Shown here piece by piece: positions 41,005 through 55,882 of a stretch of 64,000 nucleotides of DNA. The DNA is from Amoebidium appalachense (lineage: Eukaryota; Protista; Ichthyosporea), in contig CAVNZM010000015.1 of assembly GCA_963693365.1 (NCBI GenBank), forward strand, positions 992,001 through 1,056,000, written 5' to 3'. The first letter of the stretch is position 1. Each line of letters starts with the position of its first letter. Under the pieces are notes generated by a model. That model saw only the letters and a program-made list of their open reading frames with translations, did no database searches and was not told where the DNA came from. Both the position numbers and the translations under genes were made by a program.

Positions 41005-42647
41005 AGTCTAACTAGGACGTATTCATCAGGTGAATGATGAGGTACATACTGATATTAAAGATTGATTTTGTTGACTATTTCCCGCATGGTTCCGCGACAC
41101 CATAGTGCACACAAAGTACTACTACAAATAGGAGTGTACGTGCCTATTGGAAATGATTTTGATGGGCTCGGTGCTACCCTCCCATGTGCCAAATCAACAC
41201 TTTTATCTTTTCTGCTGTATGGGCCTGGACGAATTAGATCTACCTTAGAGGGCTGTGAACCTGTGACATGCATGTATGATGTAACGTTTAACGTCGATTT
41301 TTACATGTAAATATCTTGTTGCATGGGTGGAAGTACTGTTGGCCTTGGTGCCGACAACTCAATTTAAACAGCTCACCTCATGCCCTTGAATCACTTAAAT
41401 TTCACGCAGCACAATATGGTGTACTATGTTCTACTTTTCAGTGGCTGTGATTGGTGGCTTGTGCATCCACAATTTACATTAGCCATATTTGGTAAATCCA
41501 GCGGCCGGTTCCGCCGTCGTGGGCGCAGAGCCTGGATCCCGCCCAGACCATGGATGCATGTGGTTACACCACACCTCTTTGTAACTATTCAACGAGCCAG
41601 TGGCGTTGCGTATCAATATTCCGTTATTACTACATGTGTTGTCTGCCTGGACTCGCTTCAACTATCAAACCAGCGCTGGCACGCTCCGGCCACGGGGTCG
41701 CGGCCGGGGCGCTCCCTTCATGCGCACGGGTGCCAAGTGACTTTCAGGCTAAGCTGACGTGCTCAATAGTCACAGGCAGAGAATTTTTTTCTGGTACCAA
41801 ACAATTAGTCTGATTTTAGTGGTATCCCAGCAATTTAGTTTTTGTTTGACGTATTACGATGAACGAACAAAAAAAAAAAGAAACGAAGTCTGGCGATTTA
41901 CCCTGCACAGTCCGCACTACGCGCGGATTGGTTACAGTACACCTAACGATTGTGATTGGTCGAAAGCATATTTAGGTCACCAATAGCTGAAGCAATAAAA
42001 TCTCGCTAGATCAAACATCGATTGAAAGTTATTCATGTGACTATTGAACAAAATCTCCGACCACAGTGTACTTTCAGAACTAGCGGCCAGGGATAAGATA
42101 TCGCTGGTTCTGTTAACATACAACTATTCTATTTTTTTATATTAAGAATTTGGCTCTTCCATTTTAAAGTACAAAGCTACCCTTGAAGATCTAAAGAAAA
42201 ATGAAATTGTCGAAAATGGCGACACCCCCGACTTGCGCGTTTCACCTACCGAATGCCTTGATAACGCATATTCCTTTGAGAAGCATTTATGACATCAAAA
42301 TTTATTATTTTCGGGCTGCTCGGGCCATGCATGACGCTTGCATGTCCACGATTTCAACAAACTGTTCGCTCATCGCTCTCAGTAACTAACAACTCACATA
42401 ACAGGTTACTCAAGTCAGCCAAACAAACACCTTGGTAGCTCAGTCAGTAGGTTTGAGGAGACATAACCGTACTTGCATATGATTGGTTCACTTAGTTTGG
42501 GAATGAGCGGCAGCATGATATCGAGGAGCTCCCGTTCACTCGCACTCACACCCCCAACCCCAACCGCTCGCTCCTCTCCGAGCGGAAAACAGACACACTT
42601 TCTTCATTTCACCTCTTATGTTATATGTTGGAATAAGCAATAACATT

Positions 42648-43901
42648 ATGTTGAAGCTTACCCTTGCCTCTCTGGCGCTCGCCGCGCCCGCTATGGGCCG
42701 GCGTTTCCTTCTCACAAAGTTCCCCATTTGGGACACGGAGTGTGCGGGCCCTACAGACCCTGTCGCTCAGTTATACATTGCTGACGATACACCTGTGTGC
42801 CGCGCTAGCGTGATGAGAAACAATAGTGCGTGTGACGTTAGGCGCGAAATAGACTCCATGACTGGAATTGACTTTTGTCAGCTCACAAGCAAACCCATGC
42901 CTAACTCTGGGCTGTTGGAGCTCGAAGGGTACACTATTGGCACTGCTAAGTCCGATAATGGCTCGGACGTGCTTCGTTTTTCGACCTTCGGAAAGCTCAA
43001 TGGTGATGCCAAATGCACTGGAAAATACCCCAACCAGGATAACGTGACCGACTATGTTGTTGGTGCTAAATGTGCTCAGGTGGGTCGGATTGTTGACTGT
43101 TTGCATGACACTTCACTGCATCCGTCGATTTACTTGTGAGCACCTGTATGTGTGGCAAATACAGCCTATCCTACCCTGGTCTCTCTGCCTCCTCCACCCC
43201 TTTTACCACAAACATCACCCGCAGACACACAAGCAAAAATACCCGCACGCAAGCGCACTTGCACACAGAAATATTCAAACTACCTTAGCGCACTTTTATT
43301 CTGGAAGACCAAATGACAAGCCTTCAATTGTTTTTGTAGTGCGTGGATGGAACCCCTCTTTGCTTGTGAAGCGGAACCCTGATATTAGACTTTATTGCAT
43401 CTTGCATTTCAGGTCCTGATGCCATGCTAATAGATGCTCCCCAAATCATATTCCCAAAGAGCATATATATGGAGTGGTGATGGTGGGGAGGTAGGGTTTT
43501 CGACATCAAAATGCCGTGGAATATGGAAAACAGCTCTTACATCCAGAATCCACATCTTCCTAAGGTATATAGCCAAGACTTTAACACATACATTATCGTC
43601 CACAGAAAACCCTCTTCCGTTGGGAGGAGGAGAAAATCCGCTATTCCCTTCAAGAGATCACCCCCGACCCCCTTCCCCCTGCAGCGGGCATGGAGTATGG
43701 CACGGTGACCTACACCTACTACTGGCCGGATGCGGATTGCGGCAACGAAACTGCCGTGATGCAGCGCCGTGAGGTTCCCGTTGGCGTGTGTGTGGTGAGT
43801 GGAATTCGTCCCCACCACCCCCTCTCCCTCCTCCCCCCCCCACCCCCCCCCCCCCCCCCCCCCCCCTCCCTGCCCCCCCAACTGTAAAAAAGGAAAGAAA
43901 A

Positions 43902-43935
<34 letters not shown>

Positions 43936-45287
43936 TTCACACACATACAAACACAAAAACACCACCTTCAAACGCTTCTGTTTCTTCTTCTTTTATTTCG
44001 TGTCCTTCATGATGCTCTTTCCCCGTTGAAGCAAATTCACCGTTTCTTATGTTCTATGATGATCCAGCTCCTATACCCTCCCCCCTCCCTTCCCCCGCAT
44101 TTTTTAAACACCTCTTTCCCTCTCCACTCCCTACCCACATCTGTCTTACAATAGCTTTGCTATGCCTCGTTTTTTGCCTCGTTCATACCCTACCTCGGAT
44201 ACAAACAGGTATGTGCACGCTTTTTTGAAAAGAGGGCTTTATTCCCCAATAATGCTCTGCCTTCCGTTCATATACTGTCCCTACCATCCGTCTTCTCATT
44301 CTTTTTCCGCCTCCTACCATCTCCCATCTTCCCCCCCCTCCCCCCCCTCCCCCCCCCCCCCCCCCCCTTCATCCTTTGTGCTCTCATATTAATCCCACAC
44401 ACGCCAACAGAATGACACACACGGTGTCAAATACCTCATCGACACGCGCGCCATGTACTCCGACTTCCAATACCGCGCCGGCAATCTCGAACCCTACGTT
44501 TTCCAACACCCGCCCGAGCCCGCGTGGTACTTCAAGCTCCATTTCGAGGGAGACAACGGTCTTGTCACCCGCATGTACCTTAACCAGGAATGCACAACTC
44601 CCGTTTACAACATTGACGCAAACGATAACCAAGGTTTTTACACCAACGGCCCCTTTGTAAACGATTATTGTCGCGAGGAGGTTCGCCCCGTTCCCAACGT
44701 CGATACCCGCGCTGCCGAAATTGTCTACATGCGCTATTCGATTCAGTTCACACCCGGACCCCAGGCACCCTCTCCTTTCCCCCCCGCTCCTCCCAAAGCC
44801 GTTAAAGCACCCGAGGGAAAGAAAACAACCGGTGAAGCTAAAAATGGTGAACAAGCCGGGCCGAATCAGGGCGTCCAGGGCCGCTCTGGCACTGGTGCAA
44901 ACGGTACCACCTTGAACCCCCCCACGGCCGAAAATACCAACAAGACGGCCCAGAACACCGACAATTCGACTGTTCAGACCCCGTCTAATCAGACTACCAC
45001 TGTTCAGACCCTCGCTAATCAGGATACCACCACCACCAACACAAAGCCCACCAACGCCGCCCCCGGCCGAAAATCCCGCTTCTTCCACTCCAAGTGTCAC
45101 GACTACCACCACCGCTAACAGCCCAGCTGCTGGAACCCCTATACTTGATATGTTTTACAATCAGAATGGCACAGGGTTGCTCCAGGGCGGAAATAAGGAT
45201 AGCGGTGCCGGATCGTTCATACCCAACACGATGGTTCTGGTGGCTGCTGCGATGATGGCGGCAGTGGTGTTCATGGCTCAGAACTGA
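42648..45287 (+). CDS. Probable secreted, GPI-anchored cell-surface protein (Cys-containing N-terminal region plus Thr/Asn-rich stalk)
   Basis: Signal peptide MLKLTLASLALAAPAMG. Exons ~42648-43079, possibly 43434-43476, 43685-43794, 44411-45287. Many N-x-S/T sites. With a 1-base shift in the C-run at ~45060 the frame ends DSGAGSFIPNTMVLVAAAMMAAVVFMAQN*, a typical GPI signal. Confidence 0.7.
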
Positions 45288-45996
45288 GCCAATCGGAATG
45301 GGTGAACGTCACGTGCAGTTGCCTTTTTTGGGAATAATGGCTGGTGTTTGTATCGTTAAGACTTGGGGATATGCTTAAATTATTCAAAAGGACGGGAAAA
45401 GATTGAAACTGCATATGTGTATATAGATTTGAGCAATGCTTGTAAATACATTTGACCCATTTGCAGTGTACATAGTTGAGATAACTTGTAAATACACCCA
45501 TGGTAGGTTTAGCGCCAGATATATTTCTTCTCTGGCGGAGATATATACTTTGCAAAACGTTTGTGAGTGGGTTTTTTGCTGCACAACCATAGACTGAACT
45601 CTGGTGAGCAGGTAAGACCCCCACCCGTTTTGGAAATTTGGGAAATTTGCACCCCCTGAGGGGATGTGGCACCAGACAGTCGTGATATCTCGCCAATATT
45701 GCTTGGTGAAGAAGAAAACCCTCCGATATATATAATGAGAGCTTCAGTGACAAATAAAACTTAAAAACGCCTTGATTTTGAATCTCTGGTAAAAAATTGT
45801 TGCCCTACTTGTATATAAATAAGTCCATGCCTCACGTTGCATTAATAAATATATTGTATCAATGGCTGCGTAAAATAAAGTGACTTACTGGCGGGAATAC
45901 AAAGCTCCCCCCCCCCCCCCCCCCCCCTTCTCCTTTAAAGTGATGGTCCTCCGGATGGGGAAAAAAGATGTGTGTTTGCGTTTTTTTTTTTTTTTT

Positions 45997-46035
<39 letters not shown>

Positions 46036-47186
46036 GCGATCGGGTGCATTCCCTTAACTAATATTAGAGTCCAGTCACTAGGCTGTGTCTAGAAAACATT
46101 CAGTGGGCCCGTCGGATACTCAGCTTTTGGTCATACGTAGTACGATCTGCAGTCCTACGTCTGTTACCGGTATATTTTCTGTATTTGGCCCCCTGCTCTT
46201 CGTATACTATAAAAAACGAAATCCGATTCCCCTGAACGTGGTAGTGTTGAATGGGTGAGGGGGGGGAGGGTATGGGGGGGCGCGCTGTTTATTAACGACA
46301 TGTACATGGGTGAGCTGTGATGAGTTGTCGGCACCAAGGCCAAGATATATATGTAAAAATCGACATTACACTTACATCATGCAACTTATATTTGGAGATA
46401 ACGTACAGATGTTTATCATATGTGGAGATATAACGTTTTTTTAGACCTTAATTGGTGCTGAAATACGACACTTTTGGGTCGTATTGCAACCCCTGGATCA
46501 TGCGGCAATGCTTTCATTCGCTGCATCTGATCTAATTTAGTTGTTCCTGTGAGGCTGAGACCAGTTCATTTTCAATCATAGTACCAACACGGACAGCTCT
46601 CATGGAGCCGTCCGGAGCCGGCAACGTACACGTTATACGTCCCCTCACATCTGCACGGTCCAACATTCATATATTGTTCAGGCAGGTTTTTATACTGTGC
46701 GTGTTCGCATTCGCATTCACAGGTACATGTACAGTGCCATGCATAGGTACAGGGGTCATTCAGAATCAAGATAATTCACCTATAAGATAGATAGTACTAG
46801 ATTCTTTTGAAAAAAATTAAGATTCTAGGGGCTACCGAGGCTGGGGGGGAAATAAGATAACGGGGAAGGGGGGGGGGGGGGGGGGGGGGGACGGGCATTG
46901 GGGATTCGGAGGGGGGAATGTGGCCTCCCTACTATTAAATTAGTCTAGTCTAGTATTATTATTAGTAGGCTGTACACAAGAAAAGCCCTTCTGTGCAATA
47001 GATCATATTTCTTTTCTAATAAGCTTGAAGTCCTCTGGAAGCTTTTGCTTTGTTACCCGACTCAACAGACCGAAAAAGTCAGTGTGTTTGTGTGTGTGGG
47101 TGTGTGTGTGTATGTGTGTGGGTGTGTGTGTGGGTGTGTGGGTGTGTGTGTGTGTGTTTGGCCATGGGGGGGTGAGTGTCCTGTCC

Positions 47187-48400
<1,214 letters not shown>

Positions 48401-48586
48401 CCCCCCCCCCCCCCCCCCGCACCCCTCCCAACAAAAAAAAAAAAAACTCCCGCAGCCCCCCCTCAAAAAAAAAAAAAAAGAAAAGAAAAAGAAAGAAGAA
48501 CAGCCGCAGCCCAGAAGAAGGACCCACAGGACCGGGGCGGGCGGGCGGGCGGGTGGGCCGGCGGGCACTTGGGGGTGGGGGGGGGG

Positions 48587-48629
<43 letters not shown>

Positions 48630-49380
48630 ATAAGATAATGAACCTACGGCCGAGAAACCTTAAGATTTTAGACCCTAAACCGTATTCACCTGTTATTTTT
48701 AAAGTGAATGTGTATGTCTAAGTCGGAGGATGTAGATGTAGGCGAGGGACGCAAATGTGCCCGTATTTTTAGGATTTAGCTATAGCGTCATGTACATGAC
48801 TACATGTACACCATGGACTCATGCATGTACGGACATGCATCATAATGGTGCATGTATGGTACGGTTGTTACAAGCTCGAGAGCCCCTATGTTTACAAGTG
48901 TATGCCTGTATCACATATGTATACCTGTAATCATTACCGGTACCTTGCATACTATACCGTAACATACAGCCAATAAACAAGGCCTAGGCAAAGTGTAACA
49001 TAATATAAACACATGTAGTACTATATGTGCAACTTGTGCAGGCTGTTTAGCCAAGTTCACACAAACTTCGAGCACTGGTAAGCTTCAGTACGCAATGCCG
49101 GACGAAGCCTCAACGGTTCGGGATTCGAAACAGAGTACTCCAGATCTGAGCACGTGGTATTACTACTAAGTGCAAACACATGTTCATGTACTTAGCAGCT
49201 CCCATGTTTGCGCTTTGGCGTTTTTCGGTGCATCTGATAAAAGCCACCAACCCGCACGCTGCTGCTAGTACTCTAGTTAGTACACAGGAGCTACATAGCT
49301 ACTAGCTATAGATAGCTGGTGCTAGCTTCTTGTCAAGGAGCTGTTTTGGGGGAACAGGACACTCAGTGTTGTACGGTTCA

Positions 49381-49428
<48 letters not shown>

Positions 49429-49781
49429 CCTCTCTCTCTCTGACTTCTGAATCACTTTAATAACGTACGTGCGTCGAAGTCTTAGTGGTTTGTGTGGCTG
49501 AATGCGCAGGTGAACACTTGCAGTGTTAGTAGCCACCCAACCTAAGTGACAGGCCAATATTGAACTCTTTTGTTTCTTCTGCATAAAGCACAAGACAGAC
49601 AGACTCTTGACAATGGCGGACTCCACGGTTCACAAACAATCCTTCGCGAGCGTTACGGGCTCAACCGAAACGTGATTCTCGTTCTCATGGCCACCACCAT
49701 CGACAGCATGTTCGTGGGAATGTGTCTCCTCACTGTCTTAAGCCCCTACTTCTTTCAACTCACGCGCGATAACAAACACGC

Positions 49782-49897
49782 CTAACACGTACTGACGTGT
49801 TGCCGCACGTGCGACGTTTAACATCTACTCAGGCGGCAAAAAAAAAAAAAAAAAAAAAAAAAAGAAAGAAAGGAGACACCGCCTCAGTAGGTGGTAG
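49782..49897. mobile_element. 116-bp MITE, copy 1
   Basis: Imperfect 21-bp TIR (CTAACACGTACTGACGTGTTG versus CTACCACCTACTGAGGCGGTG), internal A-tract, exact 9-bp TSD CAAACACGC (49773-49781 and 49898-49906). Confidence 0.88.
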
Positions 49898-49919
49898 CAA
49901 ACACGCCGGGTATACACGC

Positions 49920-50578
49920 AGAGTGACCCAGACACACACACAGACACAAGGCCAAAGGCCTCGGATGGGACAGACGTAAATACAGACACAACCACTACTG
50001 AGACACACACAGCTGACACACAATCCGAACATGCCAATGACTCGGCTGTGCCAGCTGAGCAGTCGGCACAAGAACCACAACCAAAGAGGAAACGGGGGCA
50101 ACCGAAGGTGGAAGTCCCCTGGCCACTGGCTATCCTTAAGCAACTGGTTGTATGCGAGGCACATTTCACCGATGATGATATTACTGCTAAGAATGGAAAA
50201 CTGAAATTAACAAAGGCTAAGAATGGAAAACTGAAATTAACAAAGGATGCATGTCCCATCCGAATGGAACTAGACCCGATGTACAGAGAGAAGGTACAGC
50301 TATTGAGGGAGGAAAGGGCCAATAGTCATATGCAAGCTGTAGGAATGGATGCCTCAGATATTGAGCAAACACGGAAACGAGCGAGGGAGCGGGGGGAGAC
50401 GAGCAGTGAGAGGGCTTTTGGGCGCATCAAAAGTTATCGGCTGTTTAGCAATCAGGTGCAGATGTCGATGGTAGGCACCCATTGGATGGTAGCTAAGGCT
50501 GTGGCTTTCTTGTGTAACATGCAAGAGCCACTATATAAGGATATGGTGGGGCCCGGGCACACCAAAAGCATGGTGTAG
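49920..50578 (+). pseudogene. THAP-type DDE transposase remnant (Harbinger/ISL2EU-like), catalytic core deleted
   Basis: THAP-like LVVCEAHFTDDD followed by LTKDACP. C-terminal ERAFGRIKSYRLFS...AVAFLCNMQEPL resembles the DDE_Tnp_4 end. Confidence 0.6.
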
Positions 50579-50613
50579 AATTTTCGTTTTCGGTTGCCTC
50601 TCCCTAAAGCCCC

Positions 50614-50710
<97 letters not shown>

Positions 50711-50848
50711 AAAATATGAATGAATGCTTGCATGTATGTATTCGGCCAGTAGGGCTCCACTTTTCCTGTATAGGAAAATAATAATAATGATTGAAATTAT
50801 TATGTATTTGTGTGCCAAGTACAACCTTGAGTCGTTCTCTCCTCCCCC

Positions 50849-50898
<50 letters not shown>

Positions 50899-50931
50899 TT
50901 CACACACACACACAACCACGCACACACGGAA

Positions 50932-50966
<35 letters not shown>

Positions 50967-51115
50967 TTTGCACACACGCACGCATGCACGCCCCCCCCCC
51001 ACACACACACACGTGGGGGGGGGGGGGGGGGGGGGGGGGGGAGGGGGGGGGGGAGGGGGGCAGGTAGGCACGTATGCAAACACCAAGGGGGGAGGAGGGA
51101 CCGGGGGGAGGGGGT

Positions 51116-51158
<43 letters not shown>

Positions 51159-51293
51159 AGGAAACATATGCAGGCACCAGGGTCTGGTACATTGCTCTCA
51201 GATTTGACACACGGTCTTCATTCATTCATTATAGGTTCACTAGCACGAGAAACACCAGATGGCCGTGGTTCACTAGATCGGTCAGAAGATTAC

Positions 51294-51342
<49 letters not shown>

Positions 51343-51470
51343 ACACACATTATGAAAGATAACGTAAACAAAAAAAAAAAAAAAAAAAAGGAAGGAAAAC
51401 AGAAACATTCAGTTGCATTTTCAGTGTTCGTGTTCTTCTTCTTCTTCTTCCACTTTTTGTGGTTTTCTGC

Positions 51471-51526
51471 CTAACACGTACTGACGTGTTGCCGCACGTG
51501 CGACGTTTTAACATCTAGTCCCTTTT

Positions 51527-51557
<31 letters not shown>

Positions 51558-51589
51558 GTGAAAGGAGACACCGCCTCAGTAGGTGGTAG
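51471..51589. mobile_element. 119-bp MITE, copy 2
   Basis: Same termini as copy 1. Exact 9-bp TSD GTTTTCTGC (51462-51470 and 51590-51598). Confidence 0.88.
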
Positions 51590-52905
51590 GTTTTCTGCCC
51601 TGTATGATGGATACATTTGCACCATAAACTTTTCATTCCAGGTAAAACTATACTTGTGTCCAGTAGGGTCTATTTGCTGTACAAATGCACGGAGCCCTAC
51701 AAGGTCAGGCTTGTATGATTGGGCCAATTCTTCTACACTTGGTCCTACTATCCGCCTCTTTTTCGTACCATCTGCATATTGCATCTCTATAACCTCTTCA
51801 CCCTCATCATTGCATCTCTAAAACCTCATCACCTCAGCCCCGTTTTCATACGTTCCATGTTCGTATTCAAGATCCCACCACTCAACCTCTTCCTCCACTG
51901 CTTCACCTCCTTTCTGTCCGATTTCGACTCTTCCTGCCCGTTCGTCCCCACCCTGCTTGTTTTCTGTGCTTTTAACGGGCTTTTCCTTCCCTCTTTTCCC
52001 CTTTCTGACCCGTTGGATATGCTGGAGCAGATCTGTGAACACAACCCCCGCAGCTACCGGCCTTCCCTCGCGTCCCCAGGCCCGGCACGCCTCACTTACA
52101 GCTGCGTGCAAAGTGCCCATGCCGATTCCCCTGAGCTTTTTCACATAATCACAGCCATTCACAATAGCAAAATAACGCAGTATTTCTATATCCCATCCGT
52201 CGAAGTTGTACTTTGTGCTTCTGGTAAAAACATCGGCGGGGGTTACAATCACTCCGTACAGTTTGGGAATGCGCACCGCATTAGCGGTCCCAGGGATGAC
52301 CGCCGCATCCGCAATGCGCAGTTTGTATACAACCCGCGGGATGTTATACAGAAGAAGGTCGGCATCCTCAGTGACAACAGTGTGTGCCAAACCGGTACGT
52401 GCCATATAGGCAAGCTGGGGGTCTGCTTCGTATGGAGCTACTGTGTAATCGACATTCTCATCTTTCAGTCTAAGGATGATTGCATGTAAAACTCTGTTAT
52501 CTAACTCTGCAGCGCTTCTCCATTTGATTTTAGTTACCTCCTCCTGTTTCTCTCTTTTTGTGGCTATTTCTTGGCGGGCTTTGACCACCTTTTCTGCACG
52601 GTCGTTATCAACTAGTTTTCCCTCTTTCAATCTGCGCCCATCAAACACATAGTGTGGCTGGACCCCTGCTAGCCTATACGTATTAACTTTGGACATAAAG
52701 TGATTTGCAATAGCTGCTATGTGTCGTCTGTGACTTTTTTGTCATCTATTTGCTGTTTGGCTACTGTGTCAGCGAAAACTGAAAAGGACTTGTGGACCTG
52801 CCCCATCCCGTCAAAAGCAACTACCCCACGTTGCAACTCTGCAGTAACATCTGTGGCTTTTTCGGCACTAATGCCGAGTGCTGGGAGCAAGCCCTGCACA
52901 CCCAT
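51590..52905 (-). pseudogene. EXO1/XPG/FEN1-family 5' nuclease, intronless nuclease domain, frameshifted
   Basis: MGVQGLLP, VAFDGMGQVHK, GVQPHYVFDG, YTVAPYEADPQLAY, VVTEDADLL, NGCDYVKKLRGIG. Frameshift at ~52720-52745, stop at 51818, MITE insertion at the 3' side. Confidence 0.85.
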
Positions 52906-54389
52906 GGTAAAAGTGCATGTATTCAAAGTAGTTTCTTTTCATGAAAAAAATTCTTTCGGGTTGTGCGCCCTCTGCGTTAACGTGCGAACACAAAACTCGT
53001 TGTACGGCGTGGGTGCGTAGCAACGCGTTACGTTGTACGGAAAGGTAGCCCTACGTAATCAGGGGAAAAAAAGGCGGCGCCAGAAAGAAATCGGGGACCA
53101 CTTAAAATCGCCGATCCCGTATCCCTCAATCATGCTTTTTCTTTTCCACTATTGAGGGATGAAAACTCTCTTGGGAAGGAATCGGAGGCTATCACATCTA
53201 TCCCCCAAGAAAATTCGGAGAAAAAATCCGCGAGCCCGAGTCAGGTGACGCGGGATTGGGTACCCTATCTTATGTTTCTGTGCGACACAATCATGTACAT
53301 GTTCATGGGAGGTGGTATGCTTGTGAAATTCATCTCCGTATATCTCAGCGATAAACTCGGGCTATCTCCCTCCAGCACAAACATGATCTCCGTCAGTGAA
53401 CCGTTCTTCGGTTATGACAAATCTCTGTCAGAGGGTAGGAACATATGGGGTTTACACACTATTTATTGCGTGGACACTGTTGGGGGCCCAGCCACACCCG
53501 ACGGCCTACTGCGTTTTCCAGCATTGGCCGTGTGCAAGCTATGGCAGCCTTCCGTCTTGTTTCGGTAGCGACATGTATACTTTTGGGTGCGCTTCCCTCT
53601 GTTTGGGTAGCACACCCTTAGGCCGTTTTTGCCGCTCTTCTTTTAAGGGGTGAATACTCTTTGTTGGAGAGGAAGCGCTATGATTGGTGGAATTCTTATT
53701 GTCAATAAGTTTAGCTTCGAGACTGCGTTTTTCGTCACTGCCGGAATGCAGTTTCTCCGGTTTATTCCTTTGTTGTTGCTTGTTCCTTTGGTTGTGCATG
53801 AAAGGGATATTCGTGCGGTTAAGAGACAGGCGGAATGTGAGTCGGATTCTGAGGGGAGTGAGAGCGAGACGGGGAGTGTGGATGGTGGGGAAGGGTCTAG
53901 TGTGTCTGTGGTGGCAGCAGGGACGGTTAAGTCTGTTGTCCAGGATGAGTCCGAAAAGGGCACTGTGTAATAAGTAATCCGATTACCTTTTTGGGTCTGA
54001 TAAATGGTTAAACATGTTAAGTGGTGATCCGATTATCTTTTTGGGTTTAAACCCTTTTTATAAATAGTATGCAATGAAAACTTGCATTAGGCTGGGGCAA
54101 AAAGACTGATGTCCTGCATATGTGGCTGTGTTGTGGTAAGTACTGCAGGTGTCTCTGCAGGTGCTGGGGCCAGTTCCCAGTTTCAGGATTTATAAATTTG
54201 TCACAATACCTAATTATTCTTTAACGTCGTGGTAGTGACACTATATTAGCAGACTATATTTTGGAGTCAATTCTCCTGGCCCAGGATTTCCTGGGTCATG
54301 GAGATATATCTGAAATTATATCTGAGCACCTACCGTACTGATCACTGTTTTGGCATACATAGTTTGCTACGCAGTCTGTAGAGTGGTCC

Positions 54390-54430
<41 letters not shown>

Positions 54431-55103
54431 CTCCCAACCCACCCACCCACCCACCCACCCACCCACCCACCCACCCACCCACCCACCCACCCACCCACCC
54501 CTCCCCCTTCCTTCTCATTCCACCCAGCTGGCCAGTGTCATTCACTCATCGTAACTCACCCACCGTACTGTACCCACTTACACATAAACAAACACTACAG
54601 ATACAAACCTTACGTGTGTAGACAAAGACACACGCACACGCACGGCAGTGCCGCACTGATGTATTGATAATATGGAAAAAGACAAGTCGCGGTGGACAAG
54701 AAGACGATGTGAAAGACACGCTATGTACACATAAACGTAGATGCAAATTATACCTGAGCAGAAAAAATTGCACGTGCATGGACCACACAAACACACACAT
54801 ACAGACACACGCACAAACACTCACCACATGTGGAAAAATGACACAAACACACAAACATGCACGCACACTGTGTGACGCGCACCCATACCCTACCCTACCC
54901 CCCCCCCCCCTCCCTCTCCCCCTACCCCCCCTTCCCCCCCCCCCCCCCCCCCCCCCCTCACACACACACACATGCGCGCAAGAACACATCCACCCCACTC
55001 GACCGCATCTTTACCTTTGCCTGCATATCGGCGGTCTTAGTGAGCAACTTGAAGGTCTCTAATAGCCTGAGTGGCCTTGGCACTACGGTACATGTACTGC
55101 AAC

Positions 55104-55145
<42 letters not shown>

Positions 55146-55882
55146 ACACACACACCCAAAAATACAAGAACCCCCCCCCCCTACCCCCCCCCTCTCCCCT
55201 TCCCCCCCCCCCCTCCTCCCCCTCTTTTCCAGTCCTCCCCCCCCACCCCCCCCTCCTCCCCAATACCGTTTTTTTTGTGGGGGGAGAGGGGGGGGGGGGG
55301 TAGGATTCAAAGCCACCGTGTTGAACATCTAATCGCTGACTCAAATCGGCTCCCATACGCAAATATGGGCTCTTTATTACTAGACAACATTATAACGAGT
55401 CTGCAGCTGCCGGGCATAGACTAAGTCTTGTCTTCTGTCTATATGTGCTGTCGATACTCGACATTCACCTTCACCCGTTGTGTGCCTCGGGGATGGCTTG
55501 TGCTCAGCCTGGTCACCAAACCATTTGGCCGTCAAAATTCATCACCGTATACCCGCATCATCGTTTTTGAATCCCACAGAACCCTTTCCCCCCCCCCATC
55601 CCCCCCCCCCCCTCCCCGCCCCCCCTCCCCCCCCCCTCACCCCCCCCCCCCTCCCCCTCCCCTTACAAAATGCACAAAATGAGGCCCGCTCTCACCCAAA
55701 AATACATCCGCCGGCAACCACTACACACATGTAGATTTCTCCCGAACGACGAAACTTCTCATAGGCTGCACATAGGGCCCCTGCAACATTTCGTCTAGCA
55801 ACAGGGAAATACAAGAAAAATTCAATGAAGGGGCTTAAAAGAGTTGATGAAAGATGTGTAGTCCTCCGCAGTGACAAAGTGT

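Larger units (their letters stand above)
49613..53970 (+). pseudogene. MFS-type transporter pseudogene, split by insertions and missing its middle helices
   Basis: 5' part NRNVILVLMATTIDSMFVGMCLLTVLSPYFFQLTRDNKHAGY. 3' part DENSLGKESEA...WVPYLMFLCD...GMLVKF...LGLSP, then in other frames WRGSAMIGGILIVNKFSFETAFFVTAGMQ. Several frameshifts. Confidence 0.65.

Noticed and set aside
41763-42047. 12-bp inverted repeat TCAATAGTCACA suggesting a MITE
   Set aside because: No target-site duplication and no second copy in the window, so support is insufficient.
49782-51589. The two MITE copies as direct terminal repeats, or Helitron-type ends, of one larger element
   Set aside because: Each copy has its own distinct exact 9-bp TSD.
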